NCBI RefSeq assembly: GCF_018977255.1
Contig: NW_024704742.1
Coordinates: 22,570,001 to 22,634,000 of the forward strand
Origin: Callorhinchus milii
Taxonomy: Eukaryota
Direction of reading: 5' to 3'
Length of the DNA stretch: 64,000 nt
Part shown: piece after piece, positions 13,201-38,762 of the stretch
Layout of the letters: each line of letters opens with the position of its first letter
How positions within the stretch are numbered: the stretch's first letter is position 1
Program-made: the position numbers and the translations under genes
Notes under the pieces: model-generated
Told to the model about the DNA's origin: nothing
The model's database searches: none
What the model saw: only the letters and a program-made list of their open reading frames with translations

Positions 13201-16200
13201 TATATGAAACAAAAACAGAAGTCGCTTCTGTCTATTATATATTGTTACAATTACAGAAAAAATCATCCACAGCAGGACAATATAAAATGTTAGACCTTAT
13301 ATTTGTTCTTTTAACAACAACAACAAATTACATTTGTATAGCGCCTTTTAATAAGTGATGGTGCAACATTTGAATACACGGGATAAAATTTGTAGTGTTT
13401 CTTAACCCATTCCTTGTGTTAATTAGATTAGGAATTGGTTAAGAAACATTAAAAAAAATCACCCAATGTGTGAGATGAACCAAATATGATAAATAAGTAA
13501 ACATTCCCAATAAATTCAATGTTAAGAAATTAAAGAGAAGTCTAACCCATGACGAATATGACTTTACAGAGGAAAACTAGCCAATTGTCTTCTCTATCCA
13601 CATGAGTCATCTTTTTGGGAACATGCCGATGAGCTTGTGCATGTGGTTGAAGCCATACGCAATTACCCTGCCCCAGATGTGAACTGATGACTTTGAGCGG
13701 ACTGAATCATTAATCCCTGTCTCAAACAAGGACAATCACGGTATTCAACCCTAAGAAGCTTTTTGATAAGCTAGTGACTGTACAGCGGAATGGAATCTTT
13801 CGGATTGGTTGGGTGTACTTTATCATAAGCCCCGAGTGTGCGGTCCACTTGATGCTCTGACAAGTTATAAGAGGAGATGCAAATTTCGCACGGAACCGCG
13901 TGAGTCTTCAGAGACATCTACATGTTCAAGATGATCAAAAGCAGTGGCTTTTTCTAACAAAAAATGTGAAATAAATTTTTTTTTATGGATCCATCAGCGA
14001 TGCATCAGGCCATACTTCGTCAAATATTACTAACCAGATACAGGATCCTTTCAAAGACACATTCAATCAAACGGTCCAATTGGAAATCTCAGAACAACGT
14101 AGCCAAATTAAGAGCAAATGGGATAATCTTCTTCCTGTTTGAATTGCTGTTCCAATTACTGAATTGAATTGCTGTTCTAATTTTGTTGTAATCGCTCTTA
14201 GTAGCCAGGTTCACTATTGTCTTTTCCTCTATTTTTTGGCAAGCTTAGCAATGATCATTTTATTTTTACAAATGTGTTGTAGTCAATGCTGAGAATAGAC
14301 CTTGCAAACGGAGAAGAAATTGATTAAGATTGTGGATTATGTCCAGGGTTATAATGTGAGGCCTAATGTGCCCCAGTACCTACACAGCAATGTTCATTAA
14401 GGACAGTCATAGCCAGAAGACAGGGTAAGTATAGTGCGGCACTGTAATGAGCCCAATTGGAAGGCCTCAGAGACTTTGTAGACTTTGTGCACTAACAAAT
14501 ACTCAGGCGCGTCATCTAATTGAAGCCTCCTTGAGGAGGAGGTAAGCAGGGCCTCCTTGGAGAAGCACTGGTTCTAAGGTGAAATGTTTGGCAACGATAT
14601 GCCTGAGCTAGGCAGGTCCACCATACTCCAGGGCACTGCTGATGACAGCACAGCCAGCCTGACTTATCAGATGGTCATGGAGGGACAGACAAGTTACAGG
14701 GGACAGGAATTCTTCCCACTCGACTCCTGTTAGCCTTCGGTGTGATGATTCAATACAATATAATTTACATTTACACAACACCTTTCACATTGAGAGGACA
14801 TTTCAAAACACATGATATCATTGGCAAGTTATCCAGTCGTCTTTCTTCACCATCTCACTATCAACCCTGTATTTTTATTAGTGTTTTCTTCTTGCTTCCC
14901 TCCGCAATCCATTCTTATATCTTACGACGTATTCTTAAGACGATTACTCGTTCTATATTACATGGACTTGCACTGACCTATCTAATACTTGTCAGATGCC
15001 AATTGTCTTGTATTTCTCCCACTATGGTCCTGCTTAAGCAGAATGAGAAATCCTATCTGCTTCACATTGCCTCGCACAATTCGACCAATCAATCACTCTT
15101 TATCAAGGTCACATTTTTACTGCACAAACACATCCTTATATTATTGTTGTCAGGCTAAATTTATTTCTGCAACATATAAAGTTAGGACATCAGCCCTAAC
15201 AATGTTGAAAAGACCAGCAGAGAAAACTCGTCAAGAAGTAATGAGGTGAATGCCGTTTGGATTTTAAAAATCGGTATATTGTAGGAGAAAGAGAAGAGAA
15301 CAGGATTAAGGGGTTAAGCAGTCTTGAAGTCAATTATGAGTTACAGTAGGAGACAGTGTGATAGTCTACTAACTCTTTACTTCAATAGTTAGGGCGGAGC
15401 AAGAGCATGTAAGATATATACTTAGAGTTTTACAAAAACCTGAGAAGAAAGCACATAGCAACAGTGATAAAGTAGGAAGCAGGTTATTACAATTTTGACT
15501 TCCAATGGGAGGTAGAGTTGGTCAGAACGGAAGGCAAGAGATTGAATCAAGATTGAAACAGAACACAATGCCTGATGTGACAGTCAGGGAAGAGTCAGGC
15601 AGGAAGATTTTTATACCACTTAGAATAATTTCTGTCAATTCATTGAAATTGAGGATTGTAATTGTGCTTTATAATATTTCAGCCCTCAATAAAATCCATG
15701 ACATTTGCCAAATTGTCCTGTTGTTTCCATGATACACTGTACCTACATGTTTGTACTGGATCCCATTGTCTTTTGACAGATTATTTCAATCCAGAATTCC
15801 TTAATCTCATCCATCATTTTAACTGCAAAAGTGTAATTTATTGAATGTGACCAGACTGGATTGCAGTGTCATGGTTTTTACTCAATTACCTTTTCATGCA
15901 TTCTCCTATAAAAAGTCACAACACTTCACAGTAAACCCTTTCATGTGCTGTTGAAAGGAGCAACTTCAGTGGAGCTATAAACCTTTTCTCATTCCTTCCC
16001 TCCTCATGTTCTTGTATCCCTAAGCAGCTTTCCTGATCTCTGATGTCCCCCTGTGGCCAACGGTGGAACAGTTTGAATAGAGCCATCAATATTATAATTC
16101 CTATTGTAACATTCGCTGAATTGTCAAGTGTCTACATCCAGCTCTTCATTGCAACTTTTGCAACCAGGTGCTACAACCATTTTTTTCAGTGTTTGCATTG

Positions 16201-17069
16201 GAATTTGCTAGCAACCATGAGTTATTGTTGCCTGAAAAATACAGTGCTTAGTTTCACCCATGAAATACACAGTCAATCCACTTTACAGTATATTCTGTGA
16301 AACCCTGAGAGGCATCTCAATGGCATGATAAGTGCTATATCAAATGCAAGGATTATTATTATATTGTACAATTACTAGGAAGTAGTTTATAAAATCCAAC
16401 AACAACACAATTCTGCAGTTATAGATCGCCTTTGATGTAGAGAGAAAGTGCTTTATAAAAACTGAGCTGGAGCCAGAGCTGAGAAGGGGGGGTATGAGTG
16501 TGGAATAGGAGGTGCTTCAAAAATGCAAGTAAAAAGATAGGTCTTTAAACAGGTTTTGAAAATCCGAGGCAGAGGATTTGGAAAAGATGTTGGGAAGAAT
16601 AATGTACTTTTCCCACCAAAATTTATTTTGGCAAATTGTTAATCTCTTCCATTGATGGCCCAAGTGCAACAGGGTTGTGAATTACTACTTGTATAACACC
16701 ACAGCACAGGCTGTATATGTAATGTGTAATGTTTAATGTGTCCCTGTGTAATGGAGCACGATGCAGCCTGTGAATTACACAAATACACAGTCATTACATT
16801 TTACAGTATGTTTGGTAAAGCACTTTGATACGTCCTCCCGATGTGAAAGGCTCTATTTCAAATGTAAGGATGATTGTTTGTGCAATAGTACAGACTGTGT
16901 ATTACTCCCTGGGTACCCCAGCACAGTGCAGCTTGTGTATTATCTCCTGTATATTCTGTGAAGCATTTTGCTGCTTCACTGAGTACAAATCCTTGACTGT
17001 CCAGTGTCTTGGGGCGTCCTTCCGATAGGAAAGGCGCTATACAAATGCAATTTGTTGATGTTGTTGAAC

Positions 17070-17780
17070 ACACCAACACAGTGCAGCCTCTGTATTATCT
17101 TATGTTACTCAGCACAGCCTGTGCATTACGTTGTCTACCCCAGCACAGTGCATCTCTGTATTTCGCCCTGTAAACCCAGCACAGCAGTGTGTATTGTGCC
17201 GTATGTGCCCAGCACAGTGTGTATTTTACCCTGTGTACCCAGCAGTGTGTATTGTGCTCTGTGTACCCAGCAGTGTGTATTGTGTCCTGTGTACCCAGCA
17301 CAGTGTGAATTGTGCCCAACAGTGTGTATTGTGCGCAGCAGTATGTATTGTGCCCTGTGTACTCAGTAGTGTGTATTGTGCCCTGTGTGCCCAGAACAGT
17401 GGGTATTGTGCCCAACACAGTATGTATTATGCCCAGCACAGTGTATTATGCCCAGCACAGTGTATTATGCCCAGCACAGTGTATTATGCCCAGCACAGTG
17501 TATTATGCCCAGCACAGTGTATTATGCCCAGCACAGTGTATTATGCCCAGCACAGTGTATTATGCCCAGCACAGTGTATTATGCCCAGCACAGTGTATTA
17601 TGGCTGCCGCGTTCGCCCACAAATGTACAGTCAATTCACTTTACAGTGTGTTCTGTGAAGCGCTTTGGGACGTCCTCCCGACGTGAAAAGCGCTATATCA
17701 AATGCAAGGATTATTATTATTATTATTATTATGCCCAGTACAGTGTATTATGCACAACACAGTGTGTATTATGCCCAGCA
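17070..17780 (+). repeat. Minisatellite, 19-bp unit TGCCCAGCACAGTGTATTA
   Basis: Nine perfect copies at 17430-17600 with degenerate copies either side. Confidence 0.92.
17601..17731 (+). mobile_element. 5'-truncated SINE inserted in a minisatellite
   Basis: SINE 3' half ending in a long (TTA)n. Confidence 0.8.
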
Positions 17781-17797
17781 GTGGGGATGGTGCTCAG

Positions 17798-18487
17798 GTC
17801 CCTCCACAAGCTGCAGGTCATTCAGAACTCTGCAGCTCGTGTACTGTCCCGCACCAGGCTTCGGGACCACATCACTCCCACCCTCGCTCGCCTCCACTGG
17901 CTCCCCATCCCCCAGAGGATCGAATTCAAGATCCTCATCCTCACCTACAAGGCCATTCCCTCCTACCTCTCTGACCTACTATCCCCCTACCTACCCGCCC
18001 GTACCCTCCGTTCCTCTGGCTCCGGTCTGCTCCACATCCCCCGCCCCAACCGCCCTACCATCGGTGGTCGGGCTTTCAGCCTCTCAGCCCCGAGGCTCTG
18101 GAACTCCATCCCCCAGTGCCTTCGCCGCCTCCTCCCTTTCCTCCTTCAAGGCCGGTCTCAAGACCTTTCTCTTTGACCGTGCCTTCAGCTCCCCTCTCGA
18201 CTCTCTACCCCCTCCTCGCTCCCTCCCTTCCCTCCCTCACCCTGACCATGTCCCCCCTCCTCGCTCCCTCCCTTCCTCCCTCACCCTGACCATTTCCCCC
18301 CTCCTCGCTCCCTCCCTTCCCTCCCTCACCCTGACCATTTCCCCTCCTCGCTCCCTCCCTTCCCTCCCCTCACCCTGACCATTTCCCCCCCAATGCTCGG
18401 GTCCTGACCCAACTGTACAGCGCCTCGGGACGTCCTCCCGACGTGAAAGGCGCTCTATAAATGGAATCTTGTTCTTGTTGTTGTTGT
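17798..18487 (+). mobile_element. L2 LINE 3' fragment abutting the TMEM184C promoter
   Basis: [45 protein letters not shown]; about 44-bp unit x4 in the UTR (18208-18390); (TTG)n tail. Confidence 0.88.
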
Positions 18488-19040
18488 TCACGTGATCAGC
18501 GCTCGCACTGTTTACAGGTGGGCGCGCAGCGCGGGCCAGCGTCACCTCGGCTGCCGGGGGGCGGGGTCAGGGAGCGGGGGGGGCGGGGTCTGCGGGCTGA
18601 TTGACAGCGAGATGGACCACACACAGCGCGGCGCGCGGGCCTTGGGGGGGGGGGCCTCGCCGGCAGCCAATGGGAGCGCGGGGCGGGGGCGGGGGAGTTT
18701 TCAGCGGCGCAGAGCGAGTCGGGGAGAGGGGGTCGGGTTTGGTGTCCCGCACTGCGAACAGGACAGGACCGACCGGACAGGGCCAGGACCGAGCGGCGGC
18801 TATAGCGCGGGAGAGCCGCTCGCCCCGGGGTCCTCCCAGCCGGACTAGGCCCCGCCCGAAGCCGCGGAGTCGGCGTCGTCCGCGGGGCCGGTCCTCGGGC
18901 CCTTTGTCTGGTTTGTTTGAAGGCTCTGGTCACGCGGCGGCGGCGGCGTTGTTGTTGTTGTTGTCGTCGTCGTCGTCTCCAGATCCCGAAGGCCGCGGTC
19001 CGAGCAGAGACACCCGAGAGCTCCCGAGTGCGGCCCGGAG
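18488..19040 (+). promoter_or_regulatory. CpG-island promoter / 5' region of TMEM184C
   Basis: Very GC- and CpG-rich; several GGGGCGGGG boxes, CCAAT at 18667, E-box TCACGTGA at 18488; about 1.2 kb upstream of the ATG. Confidence 0.8.
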
Positions 19041-19890
19041 GGAGGGAGGGAGGGAGGAGCAGAGAGGGAGGGAGGGAGGGAGGGAGGAGCAGAGAGGGAG
19101 GGAGGAGCAGAGAGGGAGGGAGGGAGGTTAGCAGAGAGAGGGAGGGAGGGAGGTTAGCAGAGGGAGGGAGGGAGGGAGGTTAGCAGAGGGAGGGAGCAGA
19201 GAGAGAGAGAGGGAGGGAGCAGAGGGAGGGAGGGAGGTTAGCAGAGGGAGGGAGGGAGGGAGGTTAGCAGAGAGAGGGAGGGAGGGAGGTTAGCAGAGGG
19301 AGGGAGCAGAGAGAGAGAGGGAGGGAGCAGAGGGAGGGAGGTTAGCAGAGAGAGGGAGGGAGGCTAGCAGAGGGAGGGAGCAGAGAGAGAGAGAGGGAGG
19401 GAGCAGAGGGAGGAGGGAGGGAGGTGAGCAGAGAGAGGGAGGGAGCAGAGAGAGAGGGAGGGAGCAGAGAGGGAGGGAGGGAGGGAGGTTAGCAGAGGGA
19501 GGGAGCAGAGAGAGAGGGAGGGAGCAGAGGGAGGGAGGGAGGGAGGTTAGCAGAGAGAGGGAGGGAGGGAGGTTAGCAGAGGGAGGGAGCAGAGAGAGAG
19601 AGAGGGAGGGAGCAGAGGGAGGGAGGTTAGCAGAGAGAGGGAGGGAGCAGAGAGAGAGGGAGGGAGCAGAGAGGGAGGGAGGGAGGGAGGTTAGCAGAGG
19701 GAGGGAGCAGAGAGGGAGGGAGGGAGCAGAGAGAGAAGGAGGGAGGTTAGCAGAGGGAGGAGCAGAGAGGGAGGGAGGGAGGGAGGTTAGCAGAGGGAGG
19801 GAGCAGAGAGGGAGGGAGGGAGGTTAGCAGAGGGAGGGAGCAGAGAGAGAGGGAGGGAGGTTAGCAGAGGGAGGGAGGGAGGGAGACAGA
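19038..19890 (+). repeat. Purine-rich complex satellite (GGGA, GA and GGTTAGCAGA units)
   Basis: About 850 bp almost entirely G/A, between the CpG island and the first coding exon. Confidence 0.95.
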
Positions 19891-20196
19891 GCCGGTTGGT
19901 GGTGAATGAAGGTGCCCCCATTGCACCTGGTGCCTGGGGTCGGGGTGGTGCAGGGTCACAGGGTGCCCACGTTGCAGTGAAGGTGGCTGGGGAGGGGAGG
20001 GGAGGGTGGGTGGTGCCTTTTGCAAGTGATGCCACAAAGTGCCTGCGGGTAAACCGAAAAGTGTTTGCCACAGGAGAGTGGCAGTCAGTGGGGCTGACAG
20101 TGCAGTTAGTGTTTGCTTGTGAATTATGTGGGTTGGTGCAGGTGCTGATTGAAAGTGTTAAAGGTTTTGGGGAAGTTCTTGCAGAAGTACAGTTAA

Positions 20197-32208
<12,012 letters not shown>

Positions 32209-35200
32209 CCTTTTGACATGAAGACATTGGCTTGAGGTCAACCTTGTGTTGGTATAGGAAATACTAAGCACAAAATGAGCTTTATGTCTGAACTCAACTC
32301 AAAGTTTTTAACCATATTTAAAAACCTTAATATTGTACAGTATATTAAATTTAAAAAAACTGACTGAATTAAGGTAAATATTGACCAAAATACCCAAGAG
32401 AAACTAAGTTGTGGAATTCATAGTACAAAGATGACATAATCACACAAGATTACTCGAAAATATTGTGTACAATAGTGTACATTCATTGACTTGATGGCAG
32501 TAATGCTAAGTTACTGTCCAGAGGTTTGTATGATCAATGCGCTAGGTTTTTAAGATTACTCCCGTAGTTTGAACATTGATGCCAGTTTATTTGTGAATTC
32601 TCAGGCTATTTTTACAGTCAGTCCTGCCATACAATGGCAACTCATGATTAATTGTTAACTTCATTTTTTAACCAGTAGTACAAGTCACTTTAACTCTCAA
32701 TAGCAATTAATTCCTTTTGACCCGCCTTTGACTCACACTGTTGAAACATATCTATTTTGTAAGAATTCAATTTGAATCTCTGTACACTTTGAATACAGTG
32801 AAATTCCACTGTACACACCCAAGAGAAGCAAAGTGCTGGAATTCATAATAACAAATTGAATTTTGGTATGTTTATTTCAGGATTGAATATTTTTTTTTCA
32901 ATAGTTTATTTAATGATTGAATTCCGAAAAAATTGATTGTTTGGGATCTTAAACTTGCACATTGTCAATGGTAAAAGCTGCATTAATCTTAGAATCAAAA
33001 GGTACTTTTATCTCCAGATTAAACTATAATCATTCATTATATCTTTTAAGATTTCTGCTGCTTCAAGATCCGGTGTTTAAAATATATGAAACCCAGAAAC
33101 TTTGCACCAGAAATATTGGGGTGACATATTCTGGATTTAAAAATGGCAACTCCTGCCAGTAACCAGAAGTGCATGATGCTGAACTGTGGGAATGCTGCAA
33201 TCTATTTTAGAGCATATTTTCAGTGACTGACAGTAGTGATAGTTTGTAAGTTTGAATTCCTAATTAAGAATCTAGGTGGTGAATACTGACTGAATTTGCA
33301 AGCTCACTGTAATGTCTTAAAACAATTCCGTGTGAGCATGGTTGCCAATTACAAAACAGACCTTAATTTATAATGAAGAAATATCCTTGTATTTGATATA
33401 GCTTCTTACATTGTCCAAATGACTCAAAACGTTTCACATGGTTTACTGTACAATTTATTGATTGTGTGTTTTGTGGGCAAACACAGCAGCCAATTTTGCA
33501 CACAACAATGCCCTAGAGGAAGCCATGAAGTTAATAACCAATTTTATCTGGCAGATTGTTAGCTAGGATTGGGAGAAACTCACTTGTCTTTTCAAATAAT
33601 ACCATGGGTGTTTGCCTAACTCAGTTGGTGCATTCTTGCCTCTAAATCAGAAAGGTGTGGGTTAAAGCCTCATGTTGGAATTTTGAACTTGTGGTCTAGG
33701 TTGACACTCCAATGCATTACTGAGTGGGACTGCGCTGCATTGTGGATGTTGGTTGAGATGTTAAATTAAGATCCTGTCTGTCTGTTTAGGTGGATATAAA
33801 AAATCCCCCGGCATTGTTCAAAAAGAGAAAGGAGCTACTTCTGGAGTCCTGGCCAACAGTCTTCCAGAGAAAGGTGGTAATTTACTTCATGGCTGTTTGT
33901 GGTACATTACTGTGCTCAGTCACTGTACTTTACAGTAAATCCTGTGAAGCTCTTTGAAACATTCTCCCAATGTGATTAGTACCACTGCATTGTGAGTAAT
34001 TAAAAATAAGCACATGTTGGTTCCTTGTCTTTTTATTCTCTGTTCAGTTTTGAAGAGATGATGAGGTTGATTTTCGCACTTTCAATCCCAAATTTCTAAA
34101 TGGTTCCAATTATAATGGGGATTAGAAATGTAGCTCGCACGAGACTGTGTCTATAAGCCTTGGTGCGATGTGTTAAGCTAATGTACTGTGCACTGGACTA
34201 CCAAAGACCTTGAGTTGTGATTTTAAAATGCAGTGTTGGTACTGCACAATTTAAGCCTTTACTTTCACTCTTCATTAAAATTATTCAGAATGTATTCTGT
34301 GAACATTAATAAGTACTGTATTTGGGATATAAATGTTCAAGTCCTTGACCAATACCTGCTTTCATATAGTCCTAATGCTTTTTTTAAAATCTAACTGATA
34401 GCGCAGTCTGGGAATCAATGCGCCCAGTTTGCAAATTGGATGCAGTGAAAAAAATCAGTGGCTACTTAAACCTACATTTTTAAAACGGATTCTTCAGTTA
34501 GAAAGTGGCGACACAGTTTGACTCCCAACATTCAATAAATATTTTTGATGCAGACCACTTGGATTTTGTTGTAGAATCTGATAAAAAGCAGCCACTCTAA
34601 CTATCTGATTCCATTTTAGTGACTAGCTGTATCAGTCTACTGACATGTTAAGGTCTAAAGGTGTTAGTCCTCGAAAAAGCAGTAGAATTTGATACATGAG
34701 TTTACTGCTGCCTACTTTCTTGTTCAAGCCCAAATATTTGGGCTGCTACATTAAAAATGAAGTGATTGTACTTTGTATTCCTAATGGGTGTGGGCTTACT
34801 CATTTCTTGAACAAAACGGGAGTTCTTTCTGGACACGGGTGCCATTAATTAACAGTTTTTAGTGTAATTGTCAATGAGTTTCAGTTACAAAACACAAAGG
34901 AGAAACTCAGCTGACTACATTGGGGCTTTTGCACTTTTAATGGCAGAATGTTGTAAATAGATTTAGTAGGAAATTTAAGTCTTGAGTAAATTCCACGCAT
35001 CTGTCATTGTGGAACTGTAGTAACAACCAAGGTTTATTCTACTGTGGAAACATGAATTAGTAAAATGGTACTGTGGTTATACATGGTTAAACAGGCTAGT
35101 GACAAAAATGAATACATTTTGCCGTGGCCTTTTCTGTTATGATATTCAATAAATATCAAACTTGTTCAGTGGCATGTACAGTGTATGTTGGGACTATTGA

Positions 35201-35304
35201 TGGAAATTGTGTGGCTTTTGTTCATGACAAAACTATATAAGTCTGCGGTTTAACTTAGTTAACTGAAGCTTCCTTTACCAACTGCTTATCTTCAAAACTT
35301 CAAA

Positions 35305-35310
35305 AATAAA
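35305..35310 (+). terminator. Candidate TMEM184C polyA signal (others at 34534 and 35148)
   Basis: AATAAA with GT/T-rich downstream sequence. Confidence 0.3.
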
Positions 35311-35749
35311 GATCATGTGGCAATATTTTTTAAAACTATAAATTTGTGAGTTTCCTTAACTTGTGCCTTCAGTTTGTATTACAGTAGTTGGAGAATTGAT
35401 GTGGATCTATAAATTGTCTACAACAGCAGCAATGTTGGTATTTGGATGAACCTTTCTAAAATGATACAGCTCTATTAAGTATGTGTGATACTGTCACATT
35501 ATCCCAATGTTAAAGGCGCTATGCAAATGTAATTTGTCATTATTGCAGGCAGTTCATATTTGGCAGACAGTAAATCTATACTCTGAACTATTTCAGATGC
35601 TCCTGTATTTACAGGTGTGCTGAGAATTAGAAGTGTCTGCTTTTTTTTCATGGTAGTTAAAAATAAAACTTAACAACGCATTTATATAGCGCCTTTCCCT
35701 CATAGCGGTAATGTCACCATCACAACATTTTTATAGAAATACTAGTTTG

Positions 35750-36200
35750 CACCCTATCTCATGCTAAATGCCATGACGCCCTCATCCATGCTTGTCACCT
35801 CCCACATTGATTTCTCAAATGAACTCCTTCCTGGTCTCCCCACTACCACCATCCACAAGGTTTAACTAATACAAAACTGTATGCGTACCACCCCCATTCT
35901 CACCAGGCTCCGTCTCCAAATGGACTGGCTTCAGGATCTTAACAATCATACAAATCCCTTGATGCCTTTGGCACCCCTACCCCCATCTTTCTGACCTGTC
36001 CCCACACCAGTATTGTTGGCTGTCCCTTCAGCCTCTACATCTCTAATCTCTGGAACTCTACCTCAATTCCTCTGCCTCCTTTAAATCTCACCTGAAAAAT
36101 GTATCCTATAACTGTATTTGTCACCTCTCTTTTTCAGCATCCAACTCCACCACTGTGCAGTGCTCTGATATTATCCTCTGCAAAGGCTGTTATGTAAATT
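35750..36200 (+). mobile_element. Highly decayed L2 3' fragment
   Basis: Patchy similarity to the other L2 copies (catgcttgtcacctcc, ctctggaactct). Confidence 0.55.
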
Positions 36201-37046
36201 GGATCCTAATCTTGGAGTTCAGATTTTTTTATCAATTACTAAACTCTGAATTGTTGCATCTGTGTGGCACATAGCATTTTAAAACAAGCCCAAAAGTTAA
36301 ATGTAGTTACTTTAGTACATAACCTGTACCAATCATGTGAATCCATTCAATCACATTCAATGGGGGAGTTTTAATGTTTGGTAAAAGTAGGATGAATACT
36401 TTCTTGATGTTAGTGGATGAATTATGTACCTATAAATAGCACATGCATCCAGCTGCACTCTAAATTCAGTACTAAAGCCATGAGAGAACAGTAACTATTT
36501 CTGCAAGAGTCACCATTTACTAATATCATGGATAATTTGATTGGTGGATTAATGGATATCAAATTACCATTTGCTCTCAATTGTACAAATATCAACTCAT
36601 CAATTGTGAAATGAATTTCAATTAAAGGTGGATTGCAGTTGTTACTCCACCACCCTTTGATAAGTTAATTTTGCACAGATCGGATATATTTCCTGGTAGC
36701 TGGGTGGTATACAATATTTCTCCATTACACATTAAATGAAGCCCTTCGGAGTGTGTTATCCAACGCTTGCTCTCATTTTCACTAATCTTTCTCATTTCCA
36801 AGAAATTTCACATCAACATTTGACTAAGAGTGGTGGTAATCTGCAAATACCATTGCGCTGAGCAGAAACATATATACCTTGTCTGACATTGACTTGTAAC
36901 CAATGGAAGGGAACCCACCTTTTGTGATCTATTTACATTTAGGTCACTTCAATTTTTAAAATTCCCCAGATAAATATTAAAATGATCAGATTCAGAAGTA
37001 CATCTACCAGAAAACATGACTGCAGAAACATTCGAAAATTAAGATA

Positions 37047-37052
37047 TTTATT
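37047..37052 (-). terminator. Candidate PRMT9 polyA signal (another at 37347-37352)
   Basis: TTTATT on the plus strand about 1.7 kb past the stop. Confidence 0.35.
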
Positions 37053-38762
37053 GACATTTTCAATCACATTTATAGCCTACCATTCATATTAAAATTACTT
37101 CTGGCAGTTTTTACAAGTATAAATAAAATGAATAAAAGTTCCACACTGCAAGTGGGTGAAAAAACTGATCAAAGAACTAGCATTTTCTTATATTCACCAA
37201 TTATTTCACATAGTGACAATTGTAACTACAACTAGAATCAATACATATTTAACAAATGGCCACAAAATGTTCTGCATACAAAAACTGTTTACCATAACAA
37301 TGTAATTACATGTTAATGTTTTGGGTGAAACAATGATCTGGAACATTTTATTAATGAAACAAAAATGCCATAACCATCTAACAGGAAACTCCTCATACAT
37401 CCAAAAGATTTTTCCATTTTGGCATAAATGCAAAAATGAGAAAATTATCAAACCATGTATCCATTGGAAATTAAGGACAGATAGGTGTAAACTAAGCTGA
37501 GATGACTTCTGTACAAGCCCCCAAAATTAAACACTTGAGTTACCCAAAATATCAAGAACCCACACATACTGACAGTACCATTATGGTAGGACCATATTCA
37601 CAGCTTACTTACAACACCGATACATCCTAATAGAAAAATTATCAAATCGAGGCAAGAACATTACCATCGACTACAGTATATTGATTTCTCCATCATCCTC
37701 CACTGGAGGACCTAATAAGAGAAAGACTATTGTAGTGGAATGGGAATTAGCACCATAATAGTAACTTTCAATCCGCAAAGAAAAACCTGCAGGATTCACT
37801 ATGTAATTCATTAAAGAGAACAAATCAATCTTCAAGTTTGGCGACTGAGGTCACACACCCTTCTAGAGAGATACATTTATACTAATAAAGACAAAATGTC
37901 TTGTCAGGAATCCTCCCCAACCAGACCTCCCACTGAGTCCTCCCAAGAGGAGTCCTCCCAACAGGATATGTGTGCAAATATGTGAACAAGGGATGCTAAC
38001 AAGTTCAATAGCACATTTTCTTAATCTTAAGGATTAAGATGTCTAAGAAGCGAAGATCAAGCCTTTCAAGGACAAATGAAAATGCCAGATGAGAGAAGAC
38101 TGATTAAATGAAATTGGTTCCACGCGTAGCTCCAACAGGTACAGCTAGTAATACGTATGTGAAACTGTTAGATTCTCTTAAGCATGATAATGGGTTTCCG
38201 CAGCTGTCAGACACAAACCTGTTTTACTCACACATTAAAATAAAACAATTAGGATTTAAAAATCCAGTGGTTTTGTAAGAATGCCCTTCAATGGGGCAAT
38301 GCAAATCCAAATAGTTTCATCTATAGAACTTCAAGAACACATATATCGAGTTCCTTTCAATGTTTTACTAGTGTTAATGAATGTTGGGTAACAAGGCATT
38401 ACGTACATTCTGTAAGTCTCACAAGTGGCAATCAAATTTTCCTGATTTATCTTAACCAATGCAAAATTCTAATTTTCCATCAGCTGGTGGCCTTTTGCTA
38501 AATTAAACATCTTGCTGCTTGCTCAAGGTGTTTTTTTTTGCAGTTTAGTTTGTTCACCTCTCACTAATCCCTGGGATTGCCATTTTATAGTGACTGCTTG
38601 TAGGGGAAGAATCTCTTTGCAACTGCTAATCTTTCATGCGGTAATAGTTTATCTTTCAGTTGTCTAACCTGTCAATCCATGGATACAGTGCTATCATTTT
38701 CTGCTTCAAAGTACATTGGATATACATTTGTTGCTCTTTCTTTAATTCATTTCATAATACAG

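Noticed and set aside
14742..15158. 138-aa hydrophobic ORF
   Set aside because: Starts at a non-ATG codon in an L2 tail remnant, with no splice or homology support.
17004..18378. Long overlapping ORFs of 121-266 aa
   Set aside because: Translations of the minisatellite plus SINE/L2 sequence.
18492..19183. GC-rich ORFs including AAAAALLLLLSSSSS
   Set aside because: Stop-poor CpG island and a compound (GCG)(TTG)(TCG) repeat; no recognisable homology.
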